From assembly GCA_963729625.1 (NCBI GenBank), contig CAVSOU010000017.1, forward strand, positions 128,001 through 192,000: 64,000 bases of DNA, read 5' to 3'. This document shows positions 1 through 10,099 of this stretch, one piece after another. Numbering within the stretch: position 1 is the first letter of the stretch; each line of letters opens with the position of its first letter. A program made the position numbers and the translations under genes. The notes under the pieces were generated by a model, which saw nothing but the letters and a program-made list of their open reading frames with translations, did not search any database and had not been told where the DNA came from. This DNA is from an uncultured bacterium (GTDB lineage: Bacteria; Chloroflexota; UBA5177; JANWHV01).

Positions 1-100
1 CCATGTGCCCTACAGAGCACAATTGATGACCGTAGCTCGTATATCCGATACTTGACGTGTATTCTCACCCGTTCCCGACCTGGGACATAGTGGAGGGACA

Positions 101-1111
101 ATGAATTCCTACGAGCGCGTGATGCATCGGTTGCACGGCGAGCCCGTCGACCGCGCGCCAAACTTCAACATTTTCATGAGCTTTGCCGCCCACCACATTG
201 GCCAGCCTCTGTCACGGTTCTATCTGGACTACCACGTGCTCTGCGAAGCGAACCTGGCCGTGCTGAAGGACTTCTCTCTGGACATTGTCAGCACGATGTC
301 CGACGCCTACCGCGAGACGGCAGACTGGGGCGCGGCGATCGAGTTCCCGAAGGACGAGCTACCCAAGAGCAAGGTGCCGCTTCTGCAGGACCTCGCCGAC
401 ATACATCGGCTGACATCGCCCAATCCAGTCGCCGGGCGGCGTATGAGCGACCGGGTGCATGCCGTACGGCACTACCGTGAGCAGGTTGGCGGCGAGGTGC
501 CGATCATGGGCTGGGTAGAGGGCGCACTGGCCGAGACGGCCGACCTGCGCGGCGTTTCCACGCTGATGACGGATCTCTACGATAGCCCTGAGCAGGTGGA
601 GGAGGTGCTGGAACGCTGCACCGAGAACGCCATCGACTTCGCGCGCGTCCAGGTGGAGGCCGGCGCGGACATAATCGGGCTGGGCGATGCCGTGGCATCG
701 CAGGTCTCGCCCAAGATGTACCGGCGCTTCGCCCTGCCATACGAACAGCGCATCTTCGCCGCGGTCCGCTCAATGGGCGCCCTGACGCGGCTGCACATCT
801 GCGGCAACATCAGCAAGATCCTGCCTCTCGTGGCGCAGACCGGCGCCGACATTATCGACGTGGACTGGATGGTCGATCTGGCGGCCGCACGCGAGATCTG
901 CGGCCCAGCGGCGGTGTGCGGCAACCAGGATCCGGTAGCCGTCATGCTGCAAGGGACGCCGGAGACGGTGCGGCAAGCGGTGACGCACGCCCTGGACCTC
1001 GGCGGCCCGCGCTGTTTCAGCATGGCCGGCTGCGAGATACCCGTGGGCACGCCGCACGCGAATCTCCTCGCGCATGCCCAGGCGCTACGGGAGTATGGCT
1101 TTCGAGGGTAG
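101..1111 (+). CDS. Uroporphyrinogen decarboxylase / MtaA-CmuA family protein
   Basis: 336 aa; GWVEG, GADIIGLGDA, LHICGN and C-terminal AGCEIP motifs typical of the URO-D/MtaA TIM barrel; GGAGG RBS upstream. Confidence 0.85.
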   Translation: MNSYERVMHRLHGEPVDRAPNFNIFMSFAAHHIGQPLSRFYLDYHVLCEANLAVLKDFSLDIVSTMSDAYRETADWGAAIEFPKDELPKSKVPLLQDLADIHRLTSPNPVAGRRMSDRVHAVRHYREQVGGEVPIMGWVEGALAETADLRGVSTLMTDLYDSPEQVEEVLERCTENAIDFARVQVEAGADIIGLGDAVASQVSPKMYRRFALPYEQRIFAAVRSMGALTRLHICGNISKILPLVAQTGADIIDVDWMVDLAAAREICGPAAVCGNQDPVAVMLQGTPETVRQAVTHALDLGGPRCFSMAGCEIPVGTPHANLLAHAQALREYGFRG

Positions 1112-1157
1112 GTAGATCGAGAACCGCGATCTCCTTCCCTCACTGATTGTCTCACGA

Positions 1158-2114
1158 TCAGTGCCACAGGAATCCGTGACTAACGCTTTTGCTATCGCCG
1201 TACGTTCCGACAATATCCCCTTGAGTGTTGATGCTCCAGGCCATGGTGCCCGAAGGCGACTCTTCACCGGGACCGGGCACTGTGGCCGCCTTGGGATGGT
1301 CGAGAATGGTGTACTGACCTTGGTGCAGCAGGAACCCATGCCACACCAGATTGCTATCGAGGTACGTCCCCGTGATATCCCCTTGTTCGTTGATGCCGGC
1401 GGCAACGGTACCCACGCCGCCCGTGCCGCTGGGGCTTGCCGCCTGGGGCGCGTCCAGGGTGGTGTACCGGCCTTGGCGTCGCAAGAACCCGTGACGTGCT
1501 CCCGTGCTGTCGACGTAGGAGCCGACGATGTCCCCCTGCGCGTTGATGCCATTGGGATACGTGCCCATCCAGGCGCTCGTGGTCCCTGCCTTGGCATGAT
1601 CCAGCGTGGTGTACCGGCCCTGGTGCAGCAGGAACCCGTGGCTCACACCCTTGCTGTCGAACCACTGTCCTGCGATGTCTCCCTGGGCGTTGATACCGTT
1701 GGCAAAGGTGTTGCCCTTGGCTCCCGCCTTCGGATCGTGGAGGGTCGAGTACCGGCCTTGATGCCGGAGGAACCCATAGGTCCCCGTGGCGTCGGAGTAG
1801 TTCCCGACGATATCCTCCTGCGCGTTGATACCAAACACCTGGGTACGTTGCGACCGGGGATAGTCGACCTTCGTGTACCGGCCCTGATGCAGCAGGAACC
1901 CGTGGCTGACGCCCTTGCTATCGACGTAGGAGCCCACGATATCTCCGTGCTGGTTGATGCCGGAGGTAGCCGTTCCCTGACCAGGCCCGGTCCCTCCCTG
2001 GGGAGCATCGAGGGTGGTGAACTGGCGCTCGCTCGCCTGGACCGTCCCTCGTCCCATTCCTGCTGTCAGGCCCACGACGAAGGCAACAGCGATCAACGCG
2101 TGTAGGACTTTCAT
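1158..2114 (-). CDS. Secreted protein with about six HAF-like extracellular repeats
   Basis: AAGGAG RBS before ATG 2114; signal peptide MKVLHALIAVAFVVGL; repeated YTTLD..GIN.QGDIVG.Y.DS.G..HGFL units. Confidence 0.8.
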   Translation of the reverse strand: MKVLHALIAVAFVVGLTAGMGRGTVQASERQFTTLDAPQGGTGPGQGTATSGINQHGDIVGSYVDSKGVSHGFLLHQGRYTKVDYPRSQRTQVFGINAQEDIVGNYSDATGTYGFLRHQGRYSTLHDPKAGAKGNTFANGINAQGDIAGQWFDSKGVSHGFLLHQGRYTTLDHAKAGTTSAWMGTYPNGINAQGDIVGSYVDSTGARHGFLRRQGRYTTLDAPQAASPSGTGGVGTVAAGINEQGDITGTYLDSNLVWHGFLLHQGQYTILDHPKAATVPGPGEESPSGTMAWSINTQGDIVGTYGDSKSVSHGFLWH

Positions 2115-2330
2115 GCTTGTCTCCTTTATCTCCATCTCGGGTGGCTTCTTCAAGCTCCCGACGGAGGCGCGGCAGCCTGACCATCGCTTGTCGCGTGCCG
2201 GCCATGTGTCGATCCGCAGGACCATAGTAGGGTCGTTCGCGCTGTCAGTTACAGCACAAACGCTGCCAAACACTCTCTATGCGCCGACTCCCGCACTTCT
2301 AGTCACCTCAAATCAGCGTGACCGCGACGC

Positions 2331-2359
2331 TTGACGCGCCGCAACCACGGGACCATAAT
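2331..2359 (+). promoter_or_regulatory. Putative sigma70 promoter
   Basis: TTGACG-17 nt-CATAAT upstream of the 2452 ORF. Confidence 0.45.
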
Positions 2360-2451
2360 GGCCCCGTACGGCAGGAGGCTGGGTCTCCAGTCGGGTACGA
2401 CGCGATCTTCGTTGAAGCCGCGGGCCGATCCGGACCCGGGAACGAGGGGTT

Positions 2452-4164
2452 GTGGTCATGTACAACCCGGCTTCACACCACTACCTGCGCGGCATGATGG
2501 CGGCCTTGGCGTTGGTCTTCATGCTGCCGGGCGCCGGTAACCCGAGCCGAACGGCCGAAGCCCGCCCGACAAGCGCTCCCAGTGCCTCGGTGTTCTACCC
2601 GATCACAAAGACCGCGTACGACGCCTGGACCACATCCACAAGCAACTCTCAGCCGGCGAAAGCCACCAGCTTTTCAGCCCGGACCACCGTCGTATGCTTC
2701 TACGCCGAATACCATGGCGCCAAGGCTAACGGCACCTCCCTGATCCTGGTCGTCAAGAATTCGGCCGGCGTCACAGTGGTTTCGGACGGACCATTCCGGC
2801 TGAAGCACGCGGAAGGCCTGCTCGGCATACAGATGAACGGCCCCGGAGGCATGTATCCCAATGGCAGCTACGGCGCGGATCTCACGCTCGACGGCAGAGT
2901 TGCCGCTCACACCTCCTTCGTCGTGGGCGCCAAGCCCACGGCCGTCAGCAGGCTCTTCTACCCGGCCACCAGGGAAGCGTACGATGCCTGGGTCGCCTGA
3001 GGCGGCAAAACACCGCCGCCCAAGACCACGTCATTCCTGACCGGCAGCTCATCTATCGCTTTCTACTTCGAATACAGCCAGGCAACGCCAGGCGTGACCG
3101 CGTTTCAGATCATCGTGCGACATATCCTGGACGGTCAGGTGGCGAGCTTCGGTCCCAGCGTGGTTCGCTACGCAAACGGCATGTCGATGCGCATGGTGAC
3201 CCTGGGCAATGGGCGCGCGTTCATAACAGGTACGTACGCGGCCGACCTCCTGTTCAATGGGCGCGTGCAGCAACACGCCACTTTCCTGGTCGGCCATGGC
3301 CGCGTCGTGCGCACGCCGACAGTAACGCATAGTCCGACCGCTACCAGAATGACCACGGCAACGCGCACCGAAACGGCGACCGATACTCCGACGGCAAGTC
3401 CCACCGAGACTGCGACTCGCACCCCGTCGGCGACCGAAACCGAGACGCCGACCAAGACCATCACGCCGGAACCATATGCCGTCTTCCTGCTCACCAACGT
3501 GAGCGGTGGCTCGATCTGGGTTGGTCAGGAGTCGCAGCTCGGTCATCTGCACACCTGTGACTTCAGAGGCGGCGGCCTCTGCGCGGAGGACGGCGGCGCG
3601 GACATAGCGGTGACATTCGAGAAGAAGACACCGGACTACCCGACACATGCCGCCGCGATGGACGCCTATTGCCGTGCGCTCGGGATGACCTGGCCCGTAC
3701 AGCTTACCGGGGGCACGAAGGGGCGCATCTTCGGCGCCGATTACTGGATCGACAACGTAGATGGGTCGTGCCCTGTCATCGGCACTCCCACGCCGACTCC
3801 GCCGCCGCCAAAGTACGCTGTCTTCTTGCTTACCAACGTCAGTGGCGGCTCGATCTGGGTAGGCAACGAGTGGGATCTCAAGAAGATGGTCACCTGTCAA
3901 TTTGCCGGCGGCGGCCTGTGTCACGGCGGCGGCAAGGACGCACGCGTGACGTACGTGAAGAAGTCGAGCGACTTCGCGACGATGGCTGGGGCCAAGGCCG
4001 TCCACTTCTTCCAGGGCGAGGGAGGTTTCAACCGGGAGAAATTCAATCTCGATACCTGCTGGTCGATCGTAGCGGGGCAGTCCGCCATCGAGCACCTCGA
4101 CCGCGCCTGGCTGCCGTCGTTCGTGCCTTCGCCGATGTCGGCCTGCTACTACCTGGCAAAGTAG
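2452..4164 (+). pseudogene. Secreted multi-repeat protein interrupted by an in-frame TGA (2998-3000)
   Basis: ORFs 2452..3000 and 3094..4164 share a frame; sequence after the TGA (GGKTPPPKTTSF..FYFEY) continues the second copy of the FYP.T..AYDAW repeat; then a Thr/Pro linker and two YAVFLLTNVSGGSIWVG Cys-containing repeats. Confidence 0.65.
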
Positions 4165-4472
4165 ACGGCGCTCTGGGACCGGTCACTTGATCCTCATGGC
4201 CTGCGGGCCGCCACTGCGGATGAAGACGGTCCGAGGACCAGCCGGCCGCAGCCGGATTCGCTCCTACCTTCCGCAACTGCAGAACGCGCTCCCAAAGACT
4301 TCCACCGGACCCGACGGCGCTGACGCGCGAGCTGACAGCGCGCGGCCAATGGGGCGTTGACAACTCCTTAACGTGCTGGCGGCTATATTGATGGTCTGCG
4401 CACCTTCGGCCTGACGCACTGTTCGCTATGCGGGCCGAGCGTACTGCATCGACCGCGGCGTGAGGTCCAATC

Positions 4473-4784
4473 GTGGCACGGCCAGACCGGCCCAGGATAA
4501 GCGAGAAGCCCACCGAACAACCGGCGCCACTGCCCGGAGTACGCCTCACGCGTGGCGAGATTGGCGTTCTGCGCATGATTGCGGCCGGCCAATCGGAAGG
4601 CGAAATTGCTGACGACGTGGGCGTCTCCGAGAAGGTCGTCGCCAGCTGTCGCGAAAGGCTCTTCCTGAAGACCGGGGCGACGAATCGTGCCCAGCTACTA
4701 CAGTATGCGAGGTCATCCGGGCTCATATCGGTCAAGGGCGAGCGCGTGGCGGGCTCCAAACGCGACGGCGGCGATACAGCCTGA
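4473..4784 (+). CDS. Stand-alone LuxR-type HTH protein (possibly a fragment)
   Basis: LTRGEIGVLRMIAAGQSEGEIA...LFLKTGATNRAQLLQYA matches the GerE/LuxR C-terminal HTH. Confidence 0.65.
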   Translation: MARPDRPRISEKPTEQPAPLPGVRLTRGEIGVLRMIAAGQSEGEIADDVGVSEKVVASCRERLFLKTGATNRAQLLQYARSSGLISVKGERVAGSKRDGGDTA

Positions 4785-4811
4785 GCCGTATTCTGTCGTC
4801 GAGGGTTTACG

Positions 4812-5924
4812 TCACCCGATCTCAGTGGTGACGAGATCGCCACCGGGCTTCCGAGCGTGGCTCATTGCGTCGGCTACGACACGCTCCTGGTAACGGTCAA
4901 GCACCTCCAGGCAACCCGCGAGGGTGTAGTGTTCGTGCAGTTGCCGGCGCAGCTCGGCGCCGCCGTGCAGTCCCGAAAGGTAGCCGGCCAGGTGCCGTCG
5001 CACCGCGCAGATGCCGGCGCGCTCGTTGCGCACGCCGACGGCCAGCGTGAAATGGCGGCGGCAGGCGTCCAGCCGCTCCTCCACGGTGGGAAGCCGGACG
5101 GGACGGCCGGCCAGCACGTCATGTGCCTCGCGGAATATCCACGGGTTGCCTATGGCGCCGCGTGCCACCATGGCACCCGCGCAGCCCGTCTCGGCGAAGG
5201 CACGTGCCACATCCTCGGCGCACATGATGCCTCCGTTCACCACGACGGGCACGCGCGCCAGCCCACGAGCGAGGGCGGCCCACGACCAGTCGGCGACGCC
5301 CTCATGCCGTTGCACGGCGGTGCGGCAGTGCAGAGTGATCCCAGCCACGCCCGCGTCTTCCAGGCGCCGAACCAGCTCGGGCACCGGTTTCTCCTGGTCG
5401 CTCCAGCCGATCCGCGTCTTCACCGTGACCGGGAGGCTGCCTGCCTCGCGCACCGCCCGAGCCACCGCTCGCACCATGTCCTGCATGGCGTCGAGATCGC
5501 GCAGCCACCCTGCCCCGGCGCCGCGGCGGGCAATCTTGGGCACCCAGCAACCGCAGTTTATGTCAATTACTAGCGGATCGGATGCGGCGACAAGACTGGC
5601 GGCTTCGACCAGCTTTTCAGGGTCGGAGCCGTAGATCTGGATGCCCACCGGCCAGTCTCCCGGGCCAAGCTCCAGCTTGCGCCGGTTCCTCCGGTCACCC
5701 CTGAGCAGGCCATCCACATTGACGAACTCGGTATAGCAGACGTCGGCGCCCTGCTCGCGGCAGATTGCACGGAATATCGGATCGCTGACGTCCTCCATGG
5801 GAGCCAGCATCACCGGGCGTGAGGCCATGATCGCCGCGAACTCCGCAAAGCCGTCGCGGAGGGCTGGTCGCAGGCCGGTTTGGCGGGCTGTCTGTTGTGT
5901 GATGTCTATGCCGGATGCCATCAC
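4812..5924 (-). CDS. dusB: tRNA-dihydrouridine synthase B family
   Basis: LAPMEDV, YTEFV, IDINCGC, VTVKTRIGW, LHCRT, NGGI and ARGAIGNPWIF motifs. Confidence 0.9.
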   Translation of the reverse strand: MMASGIDITQQTARQTGLRPALRDGFAEFAAIMASRPVMLAPMEDVSDPIFRAICREQGADVCYTEFVNVDGLLRGDRRNRRKLELGPGDWPVGIQIYGSDPEKLVEAASLVAASDPLVIDINCGCWVPKIARRGAGAGWLRDLDAMQDMVRAVARAVREAGSLPVTVKTRIGWSDQEKPVPELVRRLEDAGVAGITLHCRTAVQRHEGVADWSWAALARGLARVPVVVNGGIMCAEDVARAFAETGCAGAMVARGAIGNPWIFREAHDVLAGRPVRLPTVEERLDACRRHFTLAVGVRNERAGICAVRRHLAGYLSGLHGGAELRRQLHEHYTLAGCLEVLDRYQERVVADAMSHARKPGGDLVTTEIG

Positions 5925-6078
5925 TCGTGCCTTCTGGATACCTCAGGGAACCCTTTGAGTGTAGAGGATCGGGGAGTTGCAATCATGCACTCCCCGCGCG
6001 CAGCCAGCAGCTGCTTGCCTCCCGCTGCCGTCACTCACTATCCTGTGATGCATGGTTTGACCAGGATGGGAGATATCC

Positions 6079-7710
6079 GTGCGCTACGTTTTGGGTCTCG
6101 ATCTTGGCACCTCCAGCTTGAAGGCGGTGCTGGTGGACGAGCGTGGATCCATCGTCGCCAGTGCGACACGCAGCTATGCTATCAGCAGCCCACATGCCGA
6201 TTGGGCCGAGCAGAACCCCGAGCACTGGTTGCAGGCCAGCGATGGGGCGACCGCGGCGCTCTTGCACGAGGCGGGGATCGCCGGCGAGCGTGTCGTCGCC
6301 CTGGCGGTGGGTGGGCAGATGCACGGCACCGTCGTGCTCGACGCCGGCGGCACAGTGCTGCGTCCGGCCATCATCTGGCCGGATAGTCGCACCGTTGCCG
6401 AGGCCCATGACGTGGAGGCAACCCTGGCCGGGCTTGGATTGCCGCGCCGCCTGGGCGGCGGTGTTTCGCCCGGCTTCATGCTCGCTTCCCTGATCTGGTG
6501 CCGGGCGCACGAGCCCGATCTGTGGAAGCGAGTGGCAACGGCGTTATTGCCGAAAGACTACCTCCGATTCCGGCTCACCGGTGTGCTGGCAAGTGACGCC
6601 AGCGACGGCTGCGGAGTGCCGGCGATCGATCTGGCCACAGGAACGTGGTCGGAGGACACCTTTGCCGCTCTGAACCTTCCGATCGGCCTGATGCCGCCTC
6701 TCTTCCACTCCGCCGAGCCTGCCGGCACGCTGACCGCCGATGCGGCGGCGCAGTGCGGACTGTGCCCCGGCACGCCGGTCCTGTGTGGAGGCAGCGATCA
6801 GGCCATGGCCGCTATCGGCTCCGGATTGCTCTATCCGGGCTCGCTCTTAATCAGCGTCTCCACCGGCGGCCAGCTCGTGGCGCCTGTGGCGACGCCCGTC
6901 GTAGTGGTAGAGCAGGGGCTGCGCACGGTGTGCCACGCACTGCCGGAGCGCGCGCACGCCGGCAGCGGCGCCCCGGAATCGTCATCCGCGCTCGGACGGG
7001 TCACCAGTGGCACCGCAAAAAAGTCACACTCGACGGGTGTATTCCGCGGGGGGTACCTCGCCCATTCGGCCACGCTCGGTGCGGGGCTGAGTGCACACTG
7101 GTTGCGAGAAATTCTCTACCAGGATCAGGGAGAAGGAAGAGACCTGCGGTTGGTGGCGGACGCCGCGCAGGCGCCTGCCGGGGCGGGCGGGCTACTGTTT
7201 CTCCCCTATCTGGCCGGTGAGCGGTCGCCGATTCAGGATCCAAAGGCCAGCGGCGCCTTCGTGGGTTTCCGCCTGGATCACCATCGACCACATATGGCCC
7301 GCGCTGTCCTGGAAGGGATCGCTTTCAGCCTGCGCCACGCACTGGAGCCGCTGCGAGGTGCTGGCGTGGACACGACGCCCGCAGGTGTGCTACGCACCCC
7401 GGCGATCCTGGCCGGCGGCCTCGCCCAGAGCACGCTTATGCGCCAGATCCTGGCTGCGGTGCTGGAGACGCCGCTGCGGCCCCTGGCGTCGGCCGAGCAA
7501 TCCGCCCTCGGGGCTGCTTTGCTCGCGGCGGCGCACGCGGGCTTCTTCAGCAGCCTGGACGAAGCCTGCGCGCGTGCCGTGCATTACGAGCCGCTGATCG
7601 AGCCCGACGCCGAGCAGGTACCGCTGTACCGCGAGCTGTACGTCCACTATCGGGAACTGTACCCAGCGCTCAAGGAGACCATGCACGCCCTGGGGACGGC
7701 CCGGCGCTAG
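6079..7710 (+). CDS. xylB: Xylulokinase (FGGY carbohydrate kinase)
   Basis: GLDLGTSSLKA, GQMHG, LLPKDYLR, GGSDQ, FLPYLAGERSP, RAVLEG. Confidence 0.85.
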   Translation: MRYVLGLDLGTSSLKAVLVDERGSIVASATRSYAISSPHADWAEQNPEHWLQASDGATAALLHEAGIAGERVVALAVGGQMHGTVVLDAGGTVLRPAIIWPDSRTVAEAHDVEATLAGLGLPRRLGGGVSPGFMLASLIWCRAHEPDLWKRVATALLPKDYLRFRLTGVLASDASDGCGVPAIDLATGTWSEDTFAALNLPIGLMPPLFHSAEPAGTLTADAAAQCGLCPGTPVLCGGSDQAMAAIGSGLLYPGSLLISVSTGGQLVAPVATPVVVVEQGLRTVCHALPERAHAGSGAPESSSALGRVTSGTAKKSHSTGVFRGGYLAHSATLGAGLSAHWLREILYQDQGEGRDLRLVADAAQAPAGAGGLLFLPYLAGERSPIQDPKASGAFVGFRLDHHRPHMARAVLEGIAFSLRHALEPLRGAGVDTTPAGVLRTPAILAGGLAQSTLMRQILAAVLETPLRPLASAEQSALGAALLAAAHAGFFSSLDEACARAVHYEPLIEPDAEQVPLYRELYVHYRELYPALKETMHALGTARR

Positions 7711-7747
7711 CCCCGACGGCTGCGGCTCGCGCGTCGTGCCGGTACAG

Positions 7748-8038
7748 CCCACATTCCGCACCCCGATTCTTGAAATCACGCATTTGGATGTTATGGTCAA
7801 GTGCGCGGTGCTTGCGACGCTCGTTTGCCTGCCGGGCCGTTTCCTTCGCGAGCCTGAAGAGCTACTCGTAGAACATGTGGTCGAATAACAGGTGATTGTC
7901 ACCGGTTTCTGCGCAGCTCGCCAGGTCCGCGACACGCGTGCCCGGGCTACGTGATAGAACACACGATCTAGAATCCAGCCCACATCTGCTTGTGGTACGT
8001 AATTCGCCGGTTTTGGCTTAGGGGGTGCGGAATGTGGG
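7748..8038. mobile_element. 291-bp MITE / non-autonomous IS (IS1634-like ends)
   Basis: Perfect 17-bp TIRs CCCACATTCCGCACCCC (7748-7764) and GGGGTGCGGAATGTGGG (8022-8038); 6-bp direct repeat GTACAG at 7742-7747 and 8039-8044; no transposase inside. Confidence 0.85.
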
Positions 8039-8151
8039 GTACAGGCGATCGGACCGCGGAGTGGTCGGCGCGCCCCATCCCAACCGGGTGGAGCGTGGTA
8101 CCATAAGGACGTATTGCGCAGGTAGAGCGCGACTCTCCGCGTAGTCGGCCG

Positions 8152-9273
8152 CTACTCGCTCGAGCCACCCCATGTTCGCGCGGGCAGCAGGTTTCTGGTC
8201 ATGTCGCGCTCGACATGATAGACGTAGATGCCGGCCCAATTCGGCGAAGGGAGCGAGTACGTGTTCCCTTTAAGCGCGATGTTGCCCATATAACCGATGA
8301 GCACCTGCGCGAGGGCCTGCACGGCCATCCGGGACTCCCTGTCGGGGTCGGAGCTGAACACGTACTTCGCCGGGTGCGGGCCGTCCCAGTGTCCGGCGAC
8401 GATGGAGGAAGACGTGACAAAGGTGGCGTCGAGATCGTAGAGAAAGTGTTTGCCGATCTGCGGATCCACTTTGTATGACTGCAGCTCCGCCCAGGGAACT
8501 GTTTTGTCCTGCATCAGCATACGGAGCCATTGGACTGAGGCGCGATTGGCCACGTCGACGGCCTGGAAAGAGTACGGCCTGCTGGAGCTGTCCATGTTCA
8601 GCTTGCCATGGTCCACGTGGCCCTTGCAGCAGCCGTCGGGGTAGGCGCCCGAAAAGAGCTTCAGCGTGTCACGCTCGGACTTTGGCACGTCGAACCAGAT
8701 GGGTACCGGCTTCCCGGGCTGCCTGGCCACCCATACCGGCACCCAGTTCGAGTGCGAATAGAAGTCCTCAATCATGTGCAGGCTCATGCCGATCACCGTG
8801 AAGAGCACGATCTTGCGAAAGCCGCTTTTGACGGACGGGCTGGTCGTGTACTTATCCAGCGCGGCCTTCGTGTTGGCCAGGACGTTGGTCCACTGCATCT
8901 CGATATCGTTTGTCGAGAACAGATCGTCGAAGTGCACGCGTTCGAAATCGTTCAGATCGATCCCGTGTATGCCAATCGGATTGCCGCCTTTATATCCAGG
9001 AATGCGCTTATAGATGTGCTGGAGATCGGCATTCGCGAGAGCATCCGTCAGGTAGTTCTCGACCTGCGCGAGGAGGCGGGCGTCGGCTGAGAATCCGTTT
9101 GCATCCATAGCAAGCCGAGTTGCGTCCGCGTGCCACCAGGTGTCGAAGGCTGCCGCCGGATGAGGGCTGCTGTAGCCTCCGGCGCTCAGCAGTGTCATGC
9201 CGCAAACCAGAAGAGCCAGTCCCAGTCTTCGCGAGAGCGTTGCTGCTTGTCTCCAAGCGTGCAGGCGAAACAT
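8152..9273 (-). CDS. Secreted HET-C / Zn-dependent phospholipase C-like protein
   Basis: Signal peptide ending AAA-FDTWWH; HFDD and SLHMIEDFYSHSNWV motifs; later H.KLNMD, as in the HET-C/vWA7-N type metallo fold. Confidence 0.65.
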   Translation of the reverse strand: MFRLHAWRQAATLSRRLGLALLVCGMTLLSAGGYSSPHPAAAFDTWWHADATRLAMDANGFSADARLLAQVENYLTDALANADLQHIYKRIPGYKGGNPIGIHGIDLNDFERVHFDDLFSTNDIEMQWTNVLANTKAALDKYTTSPSVKSGFRKIVLFTVIGMSLHMIEDFYSHSNWVPVWVARQPGKPVPIWFDVPKSERDTLKLFSGAYPDGCCKGHVDHGKLNMDSSSRPYSFQAVDVANRASVQWLRMLMQDKTVPWAELQSYKVDPQIGKHFLYDLDATFVTSSSIVAGHWDGPHPAKYVFSSDPDRESRMAVQALAQVLIGYMGNIALKGNTYSLPSPNWAGIYVYHVERDMTRNLLPARTWGGSSE

Positions 9274-9491
9274 CTGCGTATCTCCTTTCCGGTACTTTAC
9301 TCTTCTACCGGCATCATAGTAAATGGTCGGGCCCGGTTAACCCAGGATGCGCGATGCGATCCATACCCTTCACGGACTGAAGGTTTCCCGGCGGCAAGAG
9401 GAGTACATCCTGGAATCTGGTCTATTGAGCGTGCGCACACTCGCCGTGGATCTGCAGCACGTCTGACCGTTAGCCCGGCTACACTGAAGCA

Positions 9492-9698
9492 ATGACAGGT
9501 CAACAGTTGCTCGAGCGCCTCCGCCAGCATGGCTGCACGGTCATCCGCCGAAGCAAGGGATCGCACGTGCAGATGCGCTGCGGTGACTGCCAAACCACTG
9601 TTCCGGACCATGGTCACGAGGATATCGGACCAGGCCTGCTGCGCAAGATCGAGCGCGACTGCGAGCCATGTTTGGGGAAAGGATGGTTGCGTCGATGA
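9492..9698 (+). CDS. hicA: HicA-family mRNA interferase toxin
   Basis: 68 aa, KGSHVQM..TTVPDHGHEDIGPGLLRKI. Confidence 0.9.
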   Translation: MTGQQLLERLRQHGCTVIRRSKGSHVQMRCGDCQTTVPDHGHEDIGPGLLRKIERDCEPCLGKGWLRR

Positions 9699-9898
9699 AG
9701 ACTTTCACCGTGATCTATGAGCACGACGAAGCCGACTGGTGGGTCGCCGACGTTCCTTCTATTCCGGGCTGCCACACCCAAGGACACACTGTCGAGCAGG
9801 CGCGGGAGCGTATTCTCGATGCGCTGAGTCTCTACGTCGACGACGCGGACCAGATCCTCCTCCGCGAAGAAGCGCGTCAGCCGGAGAGCGCCGCCTAA
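9695..9898 (+). CDS. hicB: HicB-family antitoxin (short, no DNA-binding domain)
   Basis: ATGA overlap with hicA; VPSIPGCHTQGHTVEQARERILDAL. Confidence 0.9.
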   Translation: MKTFTVIYEHDEADWWVADVPSIPGCHTQGHTVEQARERILDALSLYVDDADQILLREEARQPESAA

Positions 9899-10099
9899 AG
9901 TGATACCACTCCGGAATCCGCAGGGTGGTCACGTCTTGGCGATGGAGTGAATAGCCGGCGCGCCACAGCGGACGAGGACGTCCGCGCCCCCAGAATCGTG
10001 CGGTTCGATGGAGATCCCTTAGTGGCTTCACTATAGCTGCTCGCCGTGTCGTCCTGCCGACGAGCGCGATTTGCTCGCTCATACGTCCAGCTCCTTCTC

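Noticed and set aside
2998-3020. Selenocysteine codon with SECIS
   Set aside because: Aligned residue in the sister repeat is not Cys and the hairpin loop lacks G
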